This document shows positions 38,101 to 52,826 of a stretch of DNA of 64,000 nt, piece by piece. This DNA is from Camelus ferus (taxonomy: Eukaryota). Both the position numbers and the translations under genes were made by a program. Position 1 is the first letter of the stretch. Each line of letters starts with the position of its first letter. The notes under the pieces were generated by a model, which saw only the letters and a program-made list of their open reading frames with translations, had not been told where the DNA came from and made no database searches. Location: NCBI RefSeq assembly GCF_009834535.1, contig NC_045697.1, positions 39,434,001 to 39,498,000 on the forward strand. The letters run 5' to 3'.

Positions 38101-40109
38101 GTAAGTTAGTGACGTTTTGCTGTTTCTATAATCACATACCCCTTTTCCTTTACAGCTGCCTGAAATCACTGGGATATAGAAGCTGATATATATTTCAGAC
38201 TGAAAAATCAACCAGGTTATGTCAGAGAAGTTCCATCTTGGTTTTGGGCATTTTAGCCTTTTTTTCATCCTAATTTTGAGGACAGGAGATGAGCCTTTTT
38301 GTGAAACCATAATTTGTAATGTTTCAAACAACCTTATTTAAAATTCTGGAAATGAGTTTTGCTTCCACTAAAAAGGATATTTAAAAAATTTAATCTTAAA
38401 CACTGATGAGCAAAAAGGGAAAGGAGTCTGATGTAGTGTGTAATTTTTTAATAGCAATAAAGTTTAGATCATTGCTAATAAATAGAAAATGATAAGCAGA
38501 ATATATCAGTGAGAGAAAAATGTAACCTCAACTACACTTGATTTATTTTCTAGGAATAACTAGACTAGAAATAAACTAGTCTCCTATGTGGGGCTGTATC
38601 ACAGTCACTTTTGTAAAGCTTTATATTTTCTCTGCTATTCCTTAAAGCTATTTAATTGTTGATATGTGAACATGACCTTGCAAACCAGAGACTCTGCTTT
38701 TAAGTCTCCTGTTAACACCTCTGATATCAAATATGTTCCTTCTGCTTATAAGGAGAGAGAAAGAAAGAACACTCACACATTAAAAGCTCTCAGAAATTCT
38801 CAGCAATTTTTTTTTTAATTGTATATCTGCTTATCCACTCCATTAATCTACAGACTCATTCAGCTGCCTGGAACTAATAATGTTACAGTCCTCAGAACGA
38901 CTCTAAATATACACCCTGGCTTAGACTGTAGTGACTGCAGCGTTCCGGGACACACGCGCAGCCCGCGGTAGAGAGAAGTTCTACCCCGAGTAACTCTCGC
39001 CCTGGTAACCTTAGAGATTTACATTTTAAATAATGTCATTGCATAGGCTATGCTGGGGTCTTGGGTCTCAAATACAGGCTCCACTGACACCTTATTCCCC
39101 AGCTCTCTGGTAGTAAAAAGACTGTAATTGTTCTTTTTACACCTGTCTGCCAAGTAAGCCTTGAGTTACCTACATGTAAGAAATAAAGGTAAGTAGAAGA
39201 CAATTCAGTAATTTTGAAACCCTAGATTCTAGAAGAGGTGAAAATGAGTTTGCAAATAGAAACTTACATAATAACATAAGGATCCATACCTCATTGCTGA
39301 CTTTTGTTGGGTTGGGCTTGGTCTAGAATTTCTGGTAACCTGCTTCAATTAGTCCATTAAGATATCAAATAAGAAATGGGTTTTTATTATATGCTCTATT
39401 AATTAGTTTAGCTTTTCAAAAAATTTTATTGTGGTAAAATAAAGTTTACCATTTTTAGTATGCAGTTCAATGGCATTAAGTACCTTCACATTGTTGCGAT
39501 CTACTAATTGATGTGTATTTCTAAACTTAGGGATGTAGAAGTCACTGCTAGGTACTTTTCTCACTGAAATAGAATAGTACTTATAATAGGTGGTGTTGAT
39601 TGAGCACTTACTACATACTCATTTATCTGATTGATTTAAAAGAGGCAGGGGTGGTTTATTTTGAACTTGAAGTTCCCCTATTTAGTCAAGAAAAAATTAG
39701 ATAATCCATTCCTGTGACCACAGCTAGGTCAGTGACCACAGTTAGTCCATAAATGTTGTAAAGACCATCAGTAGAAAGCCTGCCATTTAAGGACAATTCT
39801 CTTACCACTGAACCGCTGAAAGACAAAGGAAATACTTTCCTCCATAACTTAGGTGAATACACTGTATGGTCAGTAGATGAGGAAGATTTTTTCCTAATAA
39901 GGGGAAATCCTCATGAAATAATATTAATTTTTTAAAGGCTGTAAGTTTTATATACAAAATGATATTGGCTATGAAATATCCAATCATAGAAATAGAAGGA
40001 AATACACCAGTAATATATGATTGGTGTTCCAGGTGACTCTTAATTAATGGGTTTTCAACATGTACTTCCAGTTAGGGGTTATTAAATTTAGATGATTGGG
40101 TTATATTAT

Positions 40110-42200
40110 TGTTATAAAATATTCAAACAATACAGAGGTATATAGACTAAAAATACCCACCATTAGTTCCCCCCATTCTAACCTCTCCTCCCTAGAGATA
40201 AAAATCAGTAACCAGTAGGTATGTGTCCTTCTTTTTGAACACAGCCATAAATCTATTTTAAATATAAATGGGATCAAGATGCAAGTGAAGCTTGATTGTT
40301 TTTATGGTTTTGTTTTATTAGAACTTTTAATGTCAAAATATTTATCTTTTTCTTTTAACTATTAAATAGTGTGGATTTGCTCTAACTTAAGTACCCCTCA
40401 ATTGATGAGCACTGAGGTTGCTGTCAATTTTTTGATATTAACACAAAGGTGCAGTGAACTTCCTGACTCTTGATGTACATCTGTCTTACTGCTTTATGGG
40501 GGTTCCTTAGGTCTTCTCAAAAATAATGTTTTGTCTCTTATAAAGATTACAAACATTTTCTCCTGTTGTTTACCTTTTAGCTTTATTTATGGTGCTTTAT
40601 TAAATTTTGTTAATTTTAATTTACTTAATGTGTCAATTCTTCCTCTTTCTGTTTATGGAGATTCAGGTCTTACTAATATTTCTTAATAATGTTGTCTTCC
40701 TTAGCAATAATACCATAAAGGTATTATTACACATATTTTTTCTTTTGTCATATTTATAGCTTTTTTATGATTAGCTTTTTACTTTATCTAGAGTTTGTTT
40801 TTGTATATGTCACATATGGATGCAGTTTGGTTTTTCTTCAAGCAGATATCTAATTGTTACCAAATCACTCATTGCATACTACATCTTCCTTCTAGTTTAC
40901 CATGCCAACTCTTACCACATATTAACTCCCACATGTACATGAATTTGTTTCTGGTGTTTGTATGCCTCCTTCCTGTTCTCTTCGGTTTTTCTGTTACATT
41001 TTCTCTTTCAGAGGAATTTTGGAGTCTCCGTGGTCAGTAGGTACCTCATTGTGGCTTTGTTGCACTTCCCTGGTGACTAAAGACATTGAGTGTCTTTTCC
41101 TGTGCTTATTGGCCATTTGTATATCTTTGGAAAAAATGTCTATTCAGATCCTCTGCCCATTTTTAATTGAATTATTTGTCTTTGTTATTGAGTTTTAAGA
41201 GTGCTTTAAATATTTAGGATCAGGTTTAGGATTTCCATATATTTTTTCCTATTCTGTGAGTTACTTTTTCATTTTCTTGATTGTGTCCTTTCAAGCACAA
41301 AATTTTTAATTTTGATAAAATCCAGTATATTTTTTCTTTTGTCAGTTACTATGTTGGTGTTGTATCTAAGAAGGTTTTGCATAACCCATGAAGATTTTTT
41401 TAAAAAGAGCTTTATTATTTTAACTCTTACATTTAAGTCTCTGGAGTTAATTTTTGTGTGGTGTAAGGAAAGAGTCCAGCTCTGCTCCTTTGCGTGTGGA
41501 TGTCCAATTGTTCTAGTACCGTTTGTTGAAAATACTATTTTTCCCCATTGAATTGTCTTAGCACTCCTGTCAAAAATCAGTTAACTGTATTTTTAGGGTT
41601 TATTTCTGGACTCTCAGTTTCATTGCTTTGATCTATTGTATGTGTGTCCTTTTGGCATTACCACACTGTCATGATTCCTGTGGCTTTTTAGTAAATTTTG
41701 AAATCAAAGTGTCCGTCTTTCAACTTTGCTCTTCTTTTTCAAGATGTCAGATCATCTTGTAAATTTCTGCAAAAAGAGCCAGTTGGTATTTTGACAGGAA
41801 TTCTGTTGAATCTGTAGATCAGTTTGAAGAGTACTGCCAGCTTAACAGTATTCAGTCTTCCAATCTATGAACATGGGATGTCTTTCTGTTTACTTATATC
41901 TTCTTTAATTTCTTTCAAAACTGTTTTATAATATTCCAAGTACAAGTTTCATATTTCTTTTGTTAAATCTATTCTTAAGTGTATATTCTTTTGGATGGCA
42001 TTCTGAATCTGTTTTCTTAATTTTATTTTCAGATTGCTCATGACTGTTGCTAACATAGTTTTAATTTGCATTTATTTTATTATAAATGAAGTTGAGCATC
42101 TTTACTTACGTTTAAGGGCCATTTGTGTATCTTTCTCTCTATGTGTTTGTGTCTTTTGTTCATTTTCCTGTCAGGCCCTCAGGGTTGTTTTTTCCCCTCT
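40110..42200 (-). mobile_element. Composite of old L1 fragments
   Basis: Antisense L1 ORF2 text 41030-42030 (gtacctcattgtggcttt...ttgaatctgtagatcagtttg) embedded in more diverged L1ME-like sequence. Confidence 0.75.
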
Positions 42201-42317
42201 AGTTGGGTATTTATTTATTTATGGTCTCTTTTTTTCCCCTAGTATAAACACAGTTAAAACTCTAATTTCCTCTCTATCATTTTGTCATATCACTTTGAAT
42301 ATTATTGTATCTCTTCT

Positions 42318-42732
42318 TGTCATAGGGCTGGATTGTTCAGGTTCTAAACCCTGAAGCTGAGGGTTCAGGCAGAGTTTTATTGGGTAGTGCTTTTTAGAAC
42401 CACACCTGTAAGGAGTTGAGGGAAGTAGAATTAGGCAGAAGCTGAACTGCTATACAGTTGTAACAAAGGCCTCACTCAGTCCCTGGGTTACTTAGAAGTT
42501 GGAATGGCCTGTGAGGGATATCCTAAATTGAGTCAAGGAGGTTGGTCCATTTACCTCATCTCCATCAGTCATTGGAGGGGAGCTGTGCCTGCATCATTCA
42601 GGGAGGTGATGTAATCTTAGGGGAGGGACTCAGCTATGAGCCATAAGTAGGCAACACTCTGAGCACCTGAGTAATGACTGCTTCTAGTGTGAAGGGGCAT
42701 ATGAGAGTAGCACCCCACAGAGGCCACTACAT
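42318..42732. mobile_element. ERVL-type solo LTR (LTR33/LTR16-like, family uncertain)
   Basis: tgtcatagggctgg...cacacctgtaaggag...gggaagtagaattaggcag...aacaaaggcctca...ccactaca (TG...CA ends). Confidence 0.55.
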
Positions 42733-45039
42733 TTGTATAATAATGTTATAATAATGTTTTTATAATATACTGTGGTACAGTAATATTTTTCTATGAAAAA
42801 TTTGGCAAAATTTAGACTGTAAGTTATCTATATATATAAAATATGATTTTTTAAAGAAACCACTAATATTGCAGTTTCTAAGACAAAGTGATAAAAGTAC
42901 AAGAATATTATTCTTAGAGATTAGCAAGAATTGCTTTCCCCAAGTTTTGATTATCATTAAAATGGGTACTGGATTTTCAGTGGCTTGGATAACATGGGAT
43001 AATAAAAGAAAGTTATTTTAGTCCATGTCTGCTATTTGGTAGGTTTGACCCTCTGCATTATTTATTTTTCTGTTAAGTTTTCTGTAAAATGGGACCTACA
43101 GAGTTTGCTCTGATGCTTAATTAAGCAAGACCATTAGAGAAGTCCTGGTGCATAGTAGACAGCTGGTAAAGTGGTGTTGGAACACATAGACGTTTAACTG
43201 AACAGCACTTACAGTTGTGTTAAGGGAAAGATCAGGTTTCGTACTTTTTCCCCATTATACCACTTACTGAAGTGAGTTCCTTAGAAACATGAAATGGGAA
43301 CCATGATTCTTCTTACCTAAGTTATCTAGTTTTCACTTTCTTCTTAGATATATTATGATCATCTTACAGTGTTGAGCATGATTTTTAATATTTAAAGAAA
43401 ATGTTTTTCTTATCCAATAAAACTTCTAAATACAAATCAACTTATTCATCTTAGTACTTGTATCAGACACGCATCTTATGACCTCAGATTGCCTTGGCAC
43501 TGCCCACCTCCTAGGTAATCTGCCACCAGGGATTAACCTTTCACCTGTCCTTGGGGAGTGCTGGATCCTTCTCCTTGGCTGCTGCCTTGCAGCTGGGCCA
43601 ACCAGCCACCTGCCCAGCGCTTCCCCCATCACTTTTGGGCCATGGACTAGAATCTGAATTCCTGACGGGCTGCCAGAGGGGCCAGATAAGGTAACCTGGA
43701 AGCCCAGCACAGTTCTGTCCCTCTGAGTGAACCGTAGCAATGGGAAACAGGAGCTAGGAGGAAACGAGGTAGAGCCCTTCTTTCACCCTCCCATGGAGAA
43801 CCTAGGTTCCTCATAAACAGCAACTCCACTGTAAATGTTTTACTTCCCCAATATTATTATATGACTCCTTTGAATGTGATATTTCCTTTGAGAAAAGGTA
43901 TTTGAAGCTGGGAATAATATTAGGAAAACCTAAACATTTGCATTTCTGTTAGTTAATTTTTAAACAATTTGTTAACTAGACATTGGTGAAGAGACTAAAG
44001 ACCCCCTAATGATTCTTTAGCTGAGATTTGTTTTTTGGTTGTTTATTAGTATTCTTTACACTTTGCATTAAACCCATTGTATACACTTAGTTTCCATCAT
44101 TTAATAACATCAAAAATAAGAGAATTTAATCTCCAGTAATTAAAACAAATCTGCCAGTTACTACTGATGAGTAAGCCATTTTGATCAAATTCTGTTTCAT
44201 CTCCACTTCCTTTGCCTTTGGTCTATAGATCTATAAATTAATCCTATCCCTTGAAACAAATGTTTCATTGTTAATAAGGCAATCAGTAATATTATAGATA
44301 TTTCTGAAGCTTAAAGAGATAAATCAGTTTTACATTTTGAATGATAAGGCCTGCCACGTGTGCTTCTTTCTGAGATGTTACATTTTTGCTTAGTGACAGT
44401 ATAAAAGCCGTTTTAAAGCTGCTATTGGTGTCCTTCAAATCTTGCAGAAAAATAACACACTAAGTTAATGGTACCAAGTCACTAAGTCATAACCTGTGGT
44501 TCTGTGATGTATGTGTGTGTAATTAGGTATTTGGACATCATCAGTTAATATTAGATGAGATCAGCTAAATTTGTAGTCATAAACAGGATGTGTAACCAGA
44601 TAAGCCTACAATGTTGCCATCATCTTATCTGCTAACTGCTGCTAAGCAGCTTTGTTTGGTTTGCAGCCCAAATGTTACTTTTGGAAAATTAGTCATTTGG
44701 ATTGAAAAATGTAGATGGTTGATCTTTTTAAAGATTAAGGCCAAGCCCTAGTCTCACATATTCATGTGTTTATAACCTGTGAGCATCTGTTTATAAAATG
44801 CAAGTTGTTCATTTAATTTTTAGCACGCTTGTATATATTATCATCATCCTCTATAAACACGTCTTTGGTAATTAAAGAATGGGTGATTAGAAAGTTTGGT
44901 CTTTTTCTCTGCTGAAACCTGTACGAGCCCTTTCCTGTGGTTACTTCATTGCCTGTACTCCTATGTTATCAATCCCCCATCACTTCTAATTATGGTAATT
45001 GACTTTCCAGTTGCGTTTTTTATTGTTTTCAAAATAGGT

Positions 45040-46850
45040 ATAAGGTTTTTTTAATTATAAAAATAACATGTTAATTGTAAAAAAAAATTTTTTTATACCA
45101 AAAAACCGCAAGTATAAGGATGAAAATGAGACTTATCCATAATTCTACAGCCAGATTCAGTCACTGTTCATACTTTGGTTTATGTGCTTCCATGTTCTTT
45201 TCTCTGCATGCTCACATGTATATTTCTATTTGTTTGAGTAAAGATGGGGTAGTAAAATAATACCACTTTATAACTTTTATTTAAAAACTTAATGTCATCT
45301 ACCATGGCATTTTTCCCATGCTTATAAATATAATTCTGCATCTTCATTTCTAATGACCGCATAGTGTTCCGATCTTCTGATCAATATCCTTTACTTAAGC
45401 AATCCCTATAAATGGCATTCTACAATTTTTTTTCTCAGCGGTAATAGTAATAGATAATATTTATTGAGTGCTTACTAAGTTCCTGGTAATGTACTAGGTG
45501 CTCTTCATCTATTTGCTTATTTTATCCTTAAAACCCTATGAGGCAAATACTATTATTATCTCTCCTTTACCCATGAAGAAACTGAAGCACGGAAGATTTA
45601 ACTTGCTGAAGGTCACATGGCTTGGGAGAAGTTAGCATCAGGAGTCTGCATCCAGACAGCCTGGCTCCTCGGCTCCAAGCTCTTAGTCACCACTCTGTAA
45701 CTGTTTCTCTATAAACAGCATCACAGAGACTATTCTTGAACGTACATTTTTCACACTTCACTAATTATTTTCTTTGGCTGTACTTTTAGAAGTAGGCCTG
45801 CCTAGTCAAAGACTATTTGTATTATCAAAATTTTTGTTCATTGAAAGGTTGGACCAGTTCATACTGTAAGCAGCAATCTCTGAACGTGTCCTCTCTCCCA
45901 CACCTTCTCCGGTACTGATGTTATTACTCTTTTTCATATTTGCCAATATAAGTGAATATTATTTCTTTCAGAAAATTTTGGGTTTTGTGAGATTTAACAT
46001 ATTTAAAAGCTTATTTTCCCATGTAGTTTTTCTTTTGTAAATGACCTTTTTGCTTTTTCAGTTTTTCTAAACTGGTGGGAATTTTTTTTTTTTTTTTTTT
46101 TTTTGGTAATTGGTTTGAAAAACTTCCTTTTTGTAGTACAACTATTAATCTATTTTTGTATATTAGAAATACTCCCTGCAGCTTGTAATTCAAATTTGAA
46201 CCTCATAATTCTTTTCACCACAAAGAAGTTTAAGATTTTTATTAATCCCACGTTTTAGTTTGTGTTATTTTGGGTTTCATGTTATCCATAAAAGGCCTAC
46301 CTCAAGGTTAGCAGAATATTTACTTACATTGTCTTCAATGTTTTTGCAGTTTCATATTTTTATATTTAAATCTTGAATATACGTGGATATTAGAAAAGAC
46401 CTGATATGGGATTTACATTTTGCAGGATACTTGTAATTTTTTAAATATTACTGAATTCTTGTGAAATTTACTTGCAGTAAGGTACAATTTAAGAATGTAA
46501 TTTTTCACTGAAATAATTAGCCTGCTAACCAAACAACATCTAAAGAGTAATTCACGCTTTGCCAAGTGATTCAAAATGTCACTTTTGTTATTTCTAGTTC
46601 AAAGTTTTAAGCACCTTTGGCCTTCTCCGAGCTTTCTTCTGTGCTAATGAATCTGCTTCTCGGGTACTAGTGTCATGCCCTCTGTATTTTAACGTCATGA
46701 GTGATATTCTTCACTTAATTCTTCTTTTTCAGGATTTTACTGAATAACTATGAGCATATATTCTGAAAGAAGTTCAGAATATTTTTATAGATTTAAAAAT
46801 TCCCGTTGAATTTCAGGTTTAATCAGATTAGTTGAAATATTTAATGTTGA
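45040..46850 (-). mobile_element. Ancient L1 remnant with MIR at ~45440-45700
   Basis: L1ME-like 3' end text; MIR core cccatgaagaaactgaagcac...aacttgctgaaggtcaca. Confidence 0.6.
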
Positions 46851-47484
46851 GTCATTCGTTTAGTTCAGCTTTTACTTATGTATTTTTTCTAAAATTGTAG
46901 AAGCTTGAAAAAAAAGTTGTAAAATATACAGTAAAAATCATGTACTAATCCTAGATAATACTCAGAAATACTAACTTTAAATGTTTTAGCTATTTTCTTC
47001 TAGCTTTTTTCCATGTGTATATTCCTTTATAAAATTTTATCAGTTTGATATTTTACATACCTTTTTAATCCTACTTTTTTTGTTACAAAACATTAAGTTA
47101 TAAATGTTTCCCATGTCATTTAAATAGTTTGTTTTTTATTTGCTTATAGCAAAGATCTTTTACACAGAAGATGACAGACTTGTATATATTGGATTCTGTG
47201 TGTATACAAAAAGTATATTCTTCAGTCATCTTTTTTCATGGTGAATCTGTAAGCATAATTGGTACTCTTATACTTTTATGGATAAAAAGCTGAAGTGTAC
47301 AAGGTGTCAGTTTTTAGGATTACAGAGCTAAAATAGAACTGATAGCATTTATTTTGGTCTTTTCCAATTTAAACTCTAAACTAGGCAGGAGAATAATCAA
47401 TTGGTTTTCAGAAAGGAAAAAAAATCAACATTGGCGCAGAGAGATTTGTACATTGTCATTGTCCCTTGATCACATGAATAGAAA

Positions 47485-47560
47485 TACAGGTTGAACCATA
47501 TAAAACTTCCAGTTTTCTAGTTCAAAATGGCCAAATATTGCAATTACATGTACTCTAATA
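47485..47560. mobile_element. MADE2-like mariner MITE
   Basis: ~76 bp: ta-caggttgaaccatataaaa...caattacatgtactctaa-ta, degenerate inverted ends with TA flanks. Confidence 0.5.
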
Positions 47561-50500
47561 TCAAGCTCTAGTTTATTACTATTCCTTTTATTGTCAGCTG
47601 AAAACACGAGTTTGAAACACATAGGAAAACAGATACACATATTGAAAGTGATACTACAAATTCTACACTAGACGTTCACTTATTTTTTTCCCGGACTCAT
47701 GATGGTTCATAATTTTATATGACCCATACATAGTGTTCCTCTCGATATTTTGTGTGAAAGTAAAGTTTATAACTCTGGTTAGTGGTAATAATGATGTGGT
47801 AAGCCTTGATATTTTTTAAAACAAAAATAATTAGACCTTGGTCTCACTCAAGAGATGGTAATAGACTAACCTGAAACCTGCAAGTGGTTGCAAAAATAGA
47901 AATAGATTGCTTATTTGTAGTATTTGAGGTAAGCAACTGATAGTATTGAAAAACGTTCAGGATAATAAACATTTTTTTCTTATGTGAAATAAGGATTTAC
48001 TTTTACATTGCAAGGGGCAGAGGTTTTTTTTCTGTAGTACTCTTAGGTAGGTACATTTTAGGTCAGTGCTGATGTGAGAAAGGATGAAGGAGATGGTTTG
48101 CAGGGTTTTTTACCCCATCAGTGTGATGCAATGTTTTTAAAATGTGTGACCCCTTCTCTGGACTATACTTCTTTGGAGAATAACCAGCCTTAGGAGTTGA
48201 ACATTACTGATTGTGGCCAGAGTAAAAAATTTCTCATCCTTTTAAAAACAATCCCTTGAGTGCTTCGGTCTCGGTGGAAATGCAATGATTAAGCAGTAAT
48301 ATCTGCCTGACAGTTAATGATCAGCTGGGAAAATATATGGTCCAGGGTAAATCCACGGTCCTTAAAGTCAGCTGGTTATTTATGGAAGAGAAATGTCCAG
48401 CCAGAAGTAATCAACGCTACTCTGCTAAATACTGCTTTAAAAAATGAAATTGCATGTTTCCCTTCAAACGTACTTTCAAAGGACTTCTACATTCATGACC
48501 TTGTTTATTCCTTATCTGGGTCTTAAGAAGAGAGAAGGCCAGTTGATTTTGTTTCACAAGAGTTAATGAGGCTCCATTGGGTGGTTGGTGGCTAGGTGTC
48601 AATGATTGGCTTCAAGTTATGTAACTTGTAGGCAGGAAGACAAAGAAGAGGATGTCCTTCCCACTCCTGGCCTGCTGTGTTTTCCACTACATCACATGTT
48701 GTCTCAGCTATAGATGCCGTTAGTAACTGCACTGTATTTCATCTCACCAGTCATGGGTTATTTGTGAGATTTTTTAATAACCTTCATTGGATCGTTTGCC
48801 TTGATGTGACCCATATGTGTATAGTCAGTCAGTTTTTAAATGTAACTTTAAAATTGAAGAAAGCATTTAGAATAAATATTCTTTCTTTTGAGGAAGAAAA
48901 AGCAAATGCAAAATCTGATAATTTTGCTTTCTCATTTTTCATACCTCTAAAAGAAAATTCAAGTGAAAGCAAGATCAGTTGACTAACGCAATGGCTGCTG
49001 TCTGTAAGACTTCAGGTGAAAGCTAGTGCCATGTGTCTTGTTCATGAGTAATTTTGAGAATGACTTTTCAACTTTCAGCATCAAGATCCAGTAATGACAA
49101 GAGGTAAATTTAGGTATACATGAAAAAATATATAAATATATATATTGAGGCATGTTTCCTAGCTGTTGACAAAATCCAGTGACAGATTTATATTCTCAGC
49201 ATTGTATGTGGGCAGATGTACATACACTCAGGTAATAATCTTCAGAGTTAGTATCTTATACACCATCCTATCTGCCTTCCACATAGGTGGTTTCTTTTAT
49301 TTTCTTCTAGTCTTGGAGGAGTAGAATTTACTAACAGGCTTTGTGACTTTAAGAAACTAGATGGTATATGAATTTCTTTTCAGCATTAAGATTTTGTTGT
49401 GAAATTTTACTTTTCTGTAGTTTTTATTTTATTTTTTGAGTACGTACTATGTGCCAGAAGAGAGGTGTGCCAGCCATTGGCCAGACAACATGGTCCGTAC
49501 CCTCAGGGAGCTCATACTCTCTGGGGGAAGAGGGAGACTCCTTAAGTAATTACTGAATTACGGTTGTACATGTTGCAGTGGGGTTTATAATAGAGATCCT
49601 GATCATGTGAATATATTAGTGTGTATGCCAGAGAAATGGCTTGTGATTCATTCAAACTTAGCTGACTCAGAGTTCCACCTCCCTTTTAATGAATGTACTT
49701 GGCATCCCACAAGTTCACTTCATCTCTTCTTTGGCTGATTTTGATAACTTATTAACTAGTTTTCCTTTTTTGCTCTCACCCATTTCAGTCCAAATCCGCA
49801 CTGTCCCTAGATTGCCTATTTAAAATATAAATGAGATCATCTCTCACTTGCTTCCAAGACTTTTAATCAAGGATATTTCTCTTCTCCATCATGACATTCA
49901 GAGTCTTTTATTGACTTGGTCCGTAATTTCTTGTGTAGCCTCACTTCTTCTACTACTTCCCAAGAGCTATCCATAAGGTACCGAGAGATAGACAACTGTA
50001 ATTAGATGAGAGGAATATCTGGATGAGCTAGAGTTTAGGAGTCAGTTCTTTCCAGTTTATTGCATCAAGACAAAATGAACGAACTCTCCAAGAATGGTGG
50101 CATCCTGGGAAATGTCTATAGATAAGTGATGAGAAGAACCAGTTGGAGAGATCAGAGGAATATAAGCTAGTGTAGCATCACCAAAGCCAAAGAAAATGGA
50201 ATTTGAAGGAAGAATGAACTGCAGAGAGGGATGAAGGAGAAGAGAACTGAGAAAAGTATCCTGGATTTGGAGATATAGAGATTATTTGAATCATTAATTG
50301 CAGACACATAATGACACTTTATACTGTTTCCAAAAGAACATTCTTCTGAATAACACTTATTAAGAGAATATTATGAAAAGCATAATGTTACATGGGAAAA
50401 ATTAACTCTACCTCTGGGATTAGGAGAAAACTCTCTGTTTCTAGAATGAGTATTCACTTTAAGAGGTATTAATATAAATTGTGGCTGACTCAATTTTTAA

Positions 50501-51029
50501 ACTTGAAGTTCTCAACTTTTTACCATCACATACAGTCTTTGTTAAATTTGTCATGCCTCTAAATTTTCTGTTGGAGAACTAAAGGGAGAAAATGCAAGTA
50601 GGTTTGTTTTCTGGTTTATGCTCTCAAAGTAGAATGTAAATGATGGAGAACTTAATTTTTGGTGAATTCTTTAGAATCTGTGATTGAAGAACATGTTAGA
50701 TATATATATACACATACATACACACACAGAGTTGATTGGAATATTTTTGTGTTAGATTGGGCTCAGGAAGAAAGCTAAATCACTTTGGTTTTTAAAGATT
50801 TAACTATTACAATTAGAAATAATAGAAACTCCATAATTAAAGACTAATAGACTATTTAAAGGCAGACTGGCCATATGATATCTTGTTCTCCTTGATGTGG
50901 CTAACAAGCAAAAATTTGTCCCCCTAATGAACCTAGAGAATTCCCTTGATGGGTCGTGGGAATTATTTTGTGATAAATCAAGATATAATAAGACAGTGTC
51001 ACATGTTTTGTATAATTTTATATAAAAAG

Positions 51030-51290
51030 GCAATATAGCCAGACTGTCTGGGTTTAAACTTGGCTTCATTATTTTCTAAAAGTAGGATTTTGGACAAGTT
51101 ATTTAACCTCTCATTTCTTCACTTACAGAGCAGGGATAATAATATTAGCTATCTTACATAGTGGTTGTCAGTAGTTATGAGTATATATGTATGGATGTAT
51201 ATATATAAATATATATTAGTACAGACCTTTAAATAGTATCTACGAAGCTTAGAATAGCTCCTGGAACTTACTAATATCATATGTACTGAC
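51030..51290 (+). mobile_element. MIR SINE
   Basis: agccagactgtctgggtttaaacttggct...ttggacaagttatttaacctctc. Confidence 0.75.
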
Positions 51291-52826
51291 AGTTGAGTGA
51301 TTTTCTAGAAAAGCAGATTCTTTTCAGTTTGTAAATTTCCCCATCACAAGGCTTCAAGTCAGTTGAGAGTGTTGTAACAGCAAATTTGTCCTTGAAAGAG
51401 GAAACAAGCATATGTCTTAGAATAGAGATGTCTAGGGACATGTAAAAGGTTAGGCACTGTTATTCCCTAGATACAATTATGATATTCATTTCTTATGATA
51501 CTTATTTTTTTATATAAACCAATATAATTTCCATGTGCATGGATTAATTTAGGGAATTAATCTTGCTTGTGGGTGTGCTTTTAAATCTACACGGCAGATA
51601 GTCCTTGCATTTACTTCAGTGTATTGCTTTTCTAGACCTTTTTTTGTTTTCAATTTTCCAAAGACTTTCCTAGGCCTTTTAAACTCTCTACTATTGACAG
51701 CCCCGCACCATATCACATCAAACATATTGAAATATAACCACAACCTGTACCATTATAATTTATTTTAAAAATTGATTTTTGTTGAGCTGTAATTGAATAA
51801 TTAATACATTTTGTTTGGGTGTTTGCTTTGTTTTGTTTTGTTTGGAGTTTGGAATCATGAGATCGCAAACATTTTTGTTGTTTGCTGAAATCTCATCAGC
51901 CCTAGGCTACTTATTTTTATCCATTTAATGGAAACAATGGCCCTGTTTCAAATTTTATAAGAAACCAAGATGGCTCAGTTAAATCGTAGTTCATGTTCAG
52001 CTCTGCCCTGACTTCACCCTTCTGTATGCTGTGTAGTCGGTCGGGTTCTCGACATTCGAGTTCTCGCTCTATAAAAACAGTGCCGAAAGAAAGTAAAGGC
52101 AGCAATAGTGCTTTCGTTATTAGGAGAGTTCACATGCACCCTGAGACATGGCGGGGTGGGGGGCAGATTAAATTAGAGAAATATACTGATAATCTTGGAG
52201 GCGTGAGGCTTGGTCTGCAAGGTTTAGCTTGAGTTTTGCTTAGCTGTACAATCTGGACGACGGGAACATCAGGCCGACTGGGCGTTTAAAGACTGACATT
52301 TAAGTTAAGTGAAGTAAATATTAAAATAGAGGAACAAAGAGTTACTATTTTTGCAACATAGCAACTTTTCTCTTTTGAAAATGACTTCAAAGAAGAGTAA
52401 AATACTAGTCAGTCTCTTAGCCATTTTAGTCATTCAGTCATTTATGTTATCAGTTTCCCTCCAAAACATAAACCTGCACATAAAATGGGCAGTTTTTCTG
52501 TATTCATGGGGTTTAGTTTCTTAAGTTGCTTCCTTAATTAAGCATAAAATACGGCTTTGATCATCAAAATTTGATTGTAGATATACTATCAAAAGTCCCT
52601 TAAATTTGGAAGCAACATAGTAAGATTAACAAATGGAGAACTGCTTGTTAGGAACACTACATTCAAGTCCTTGCTTTCCCACTGCATGGCTAATTTCTTT
52701 AGGCAATTCACTATATGTCTTTAGCAGCTCTCCTTAGATATAAAAAAGGATGTTGCAATATATTATTTCCAAGGTGTCTTATAGCTCCAGAATTCTAGTC
52801 ATTATAAAAAAAAACTTTTCTTAATC

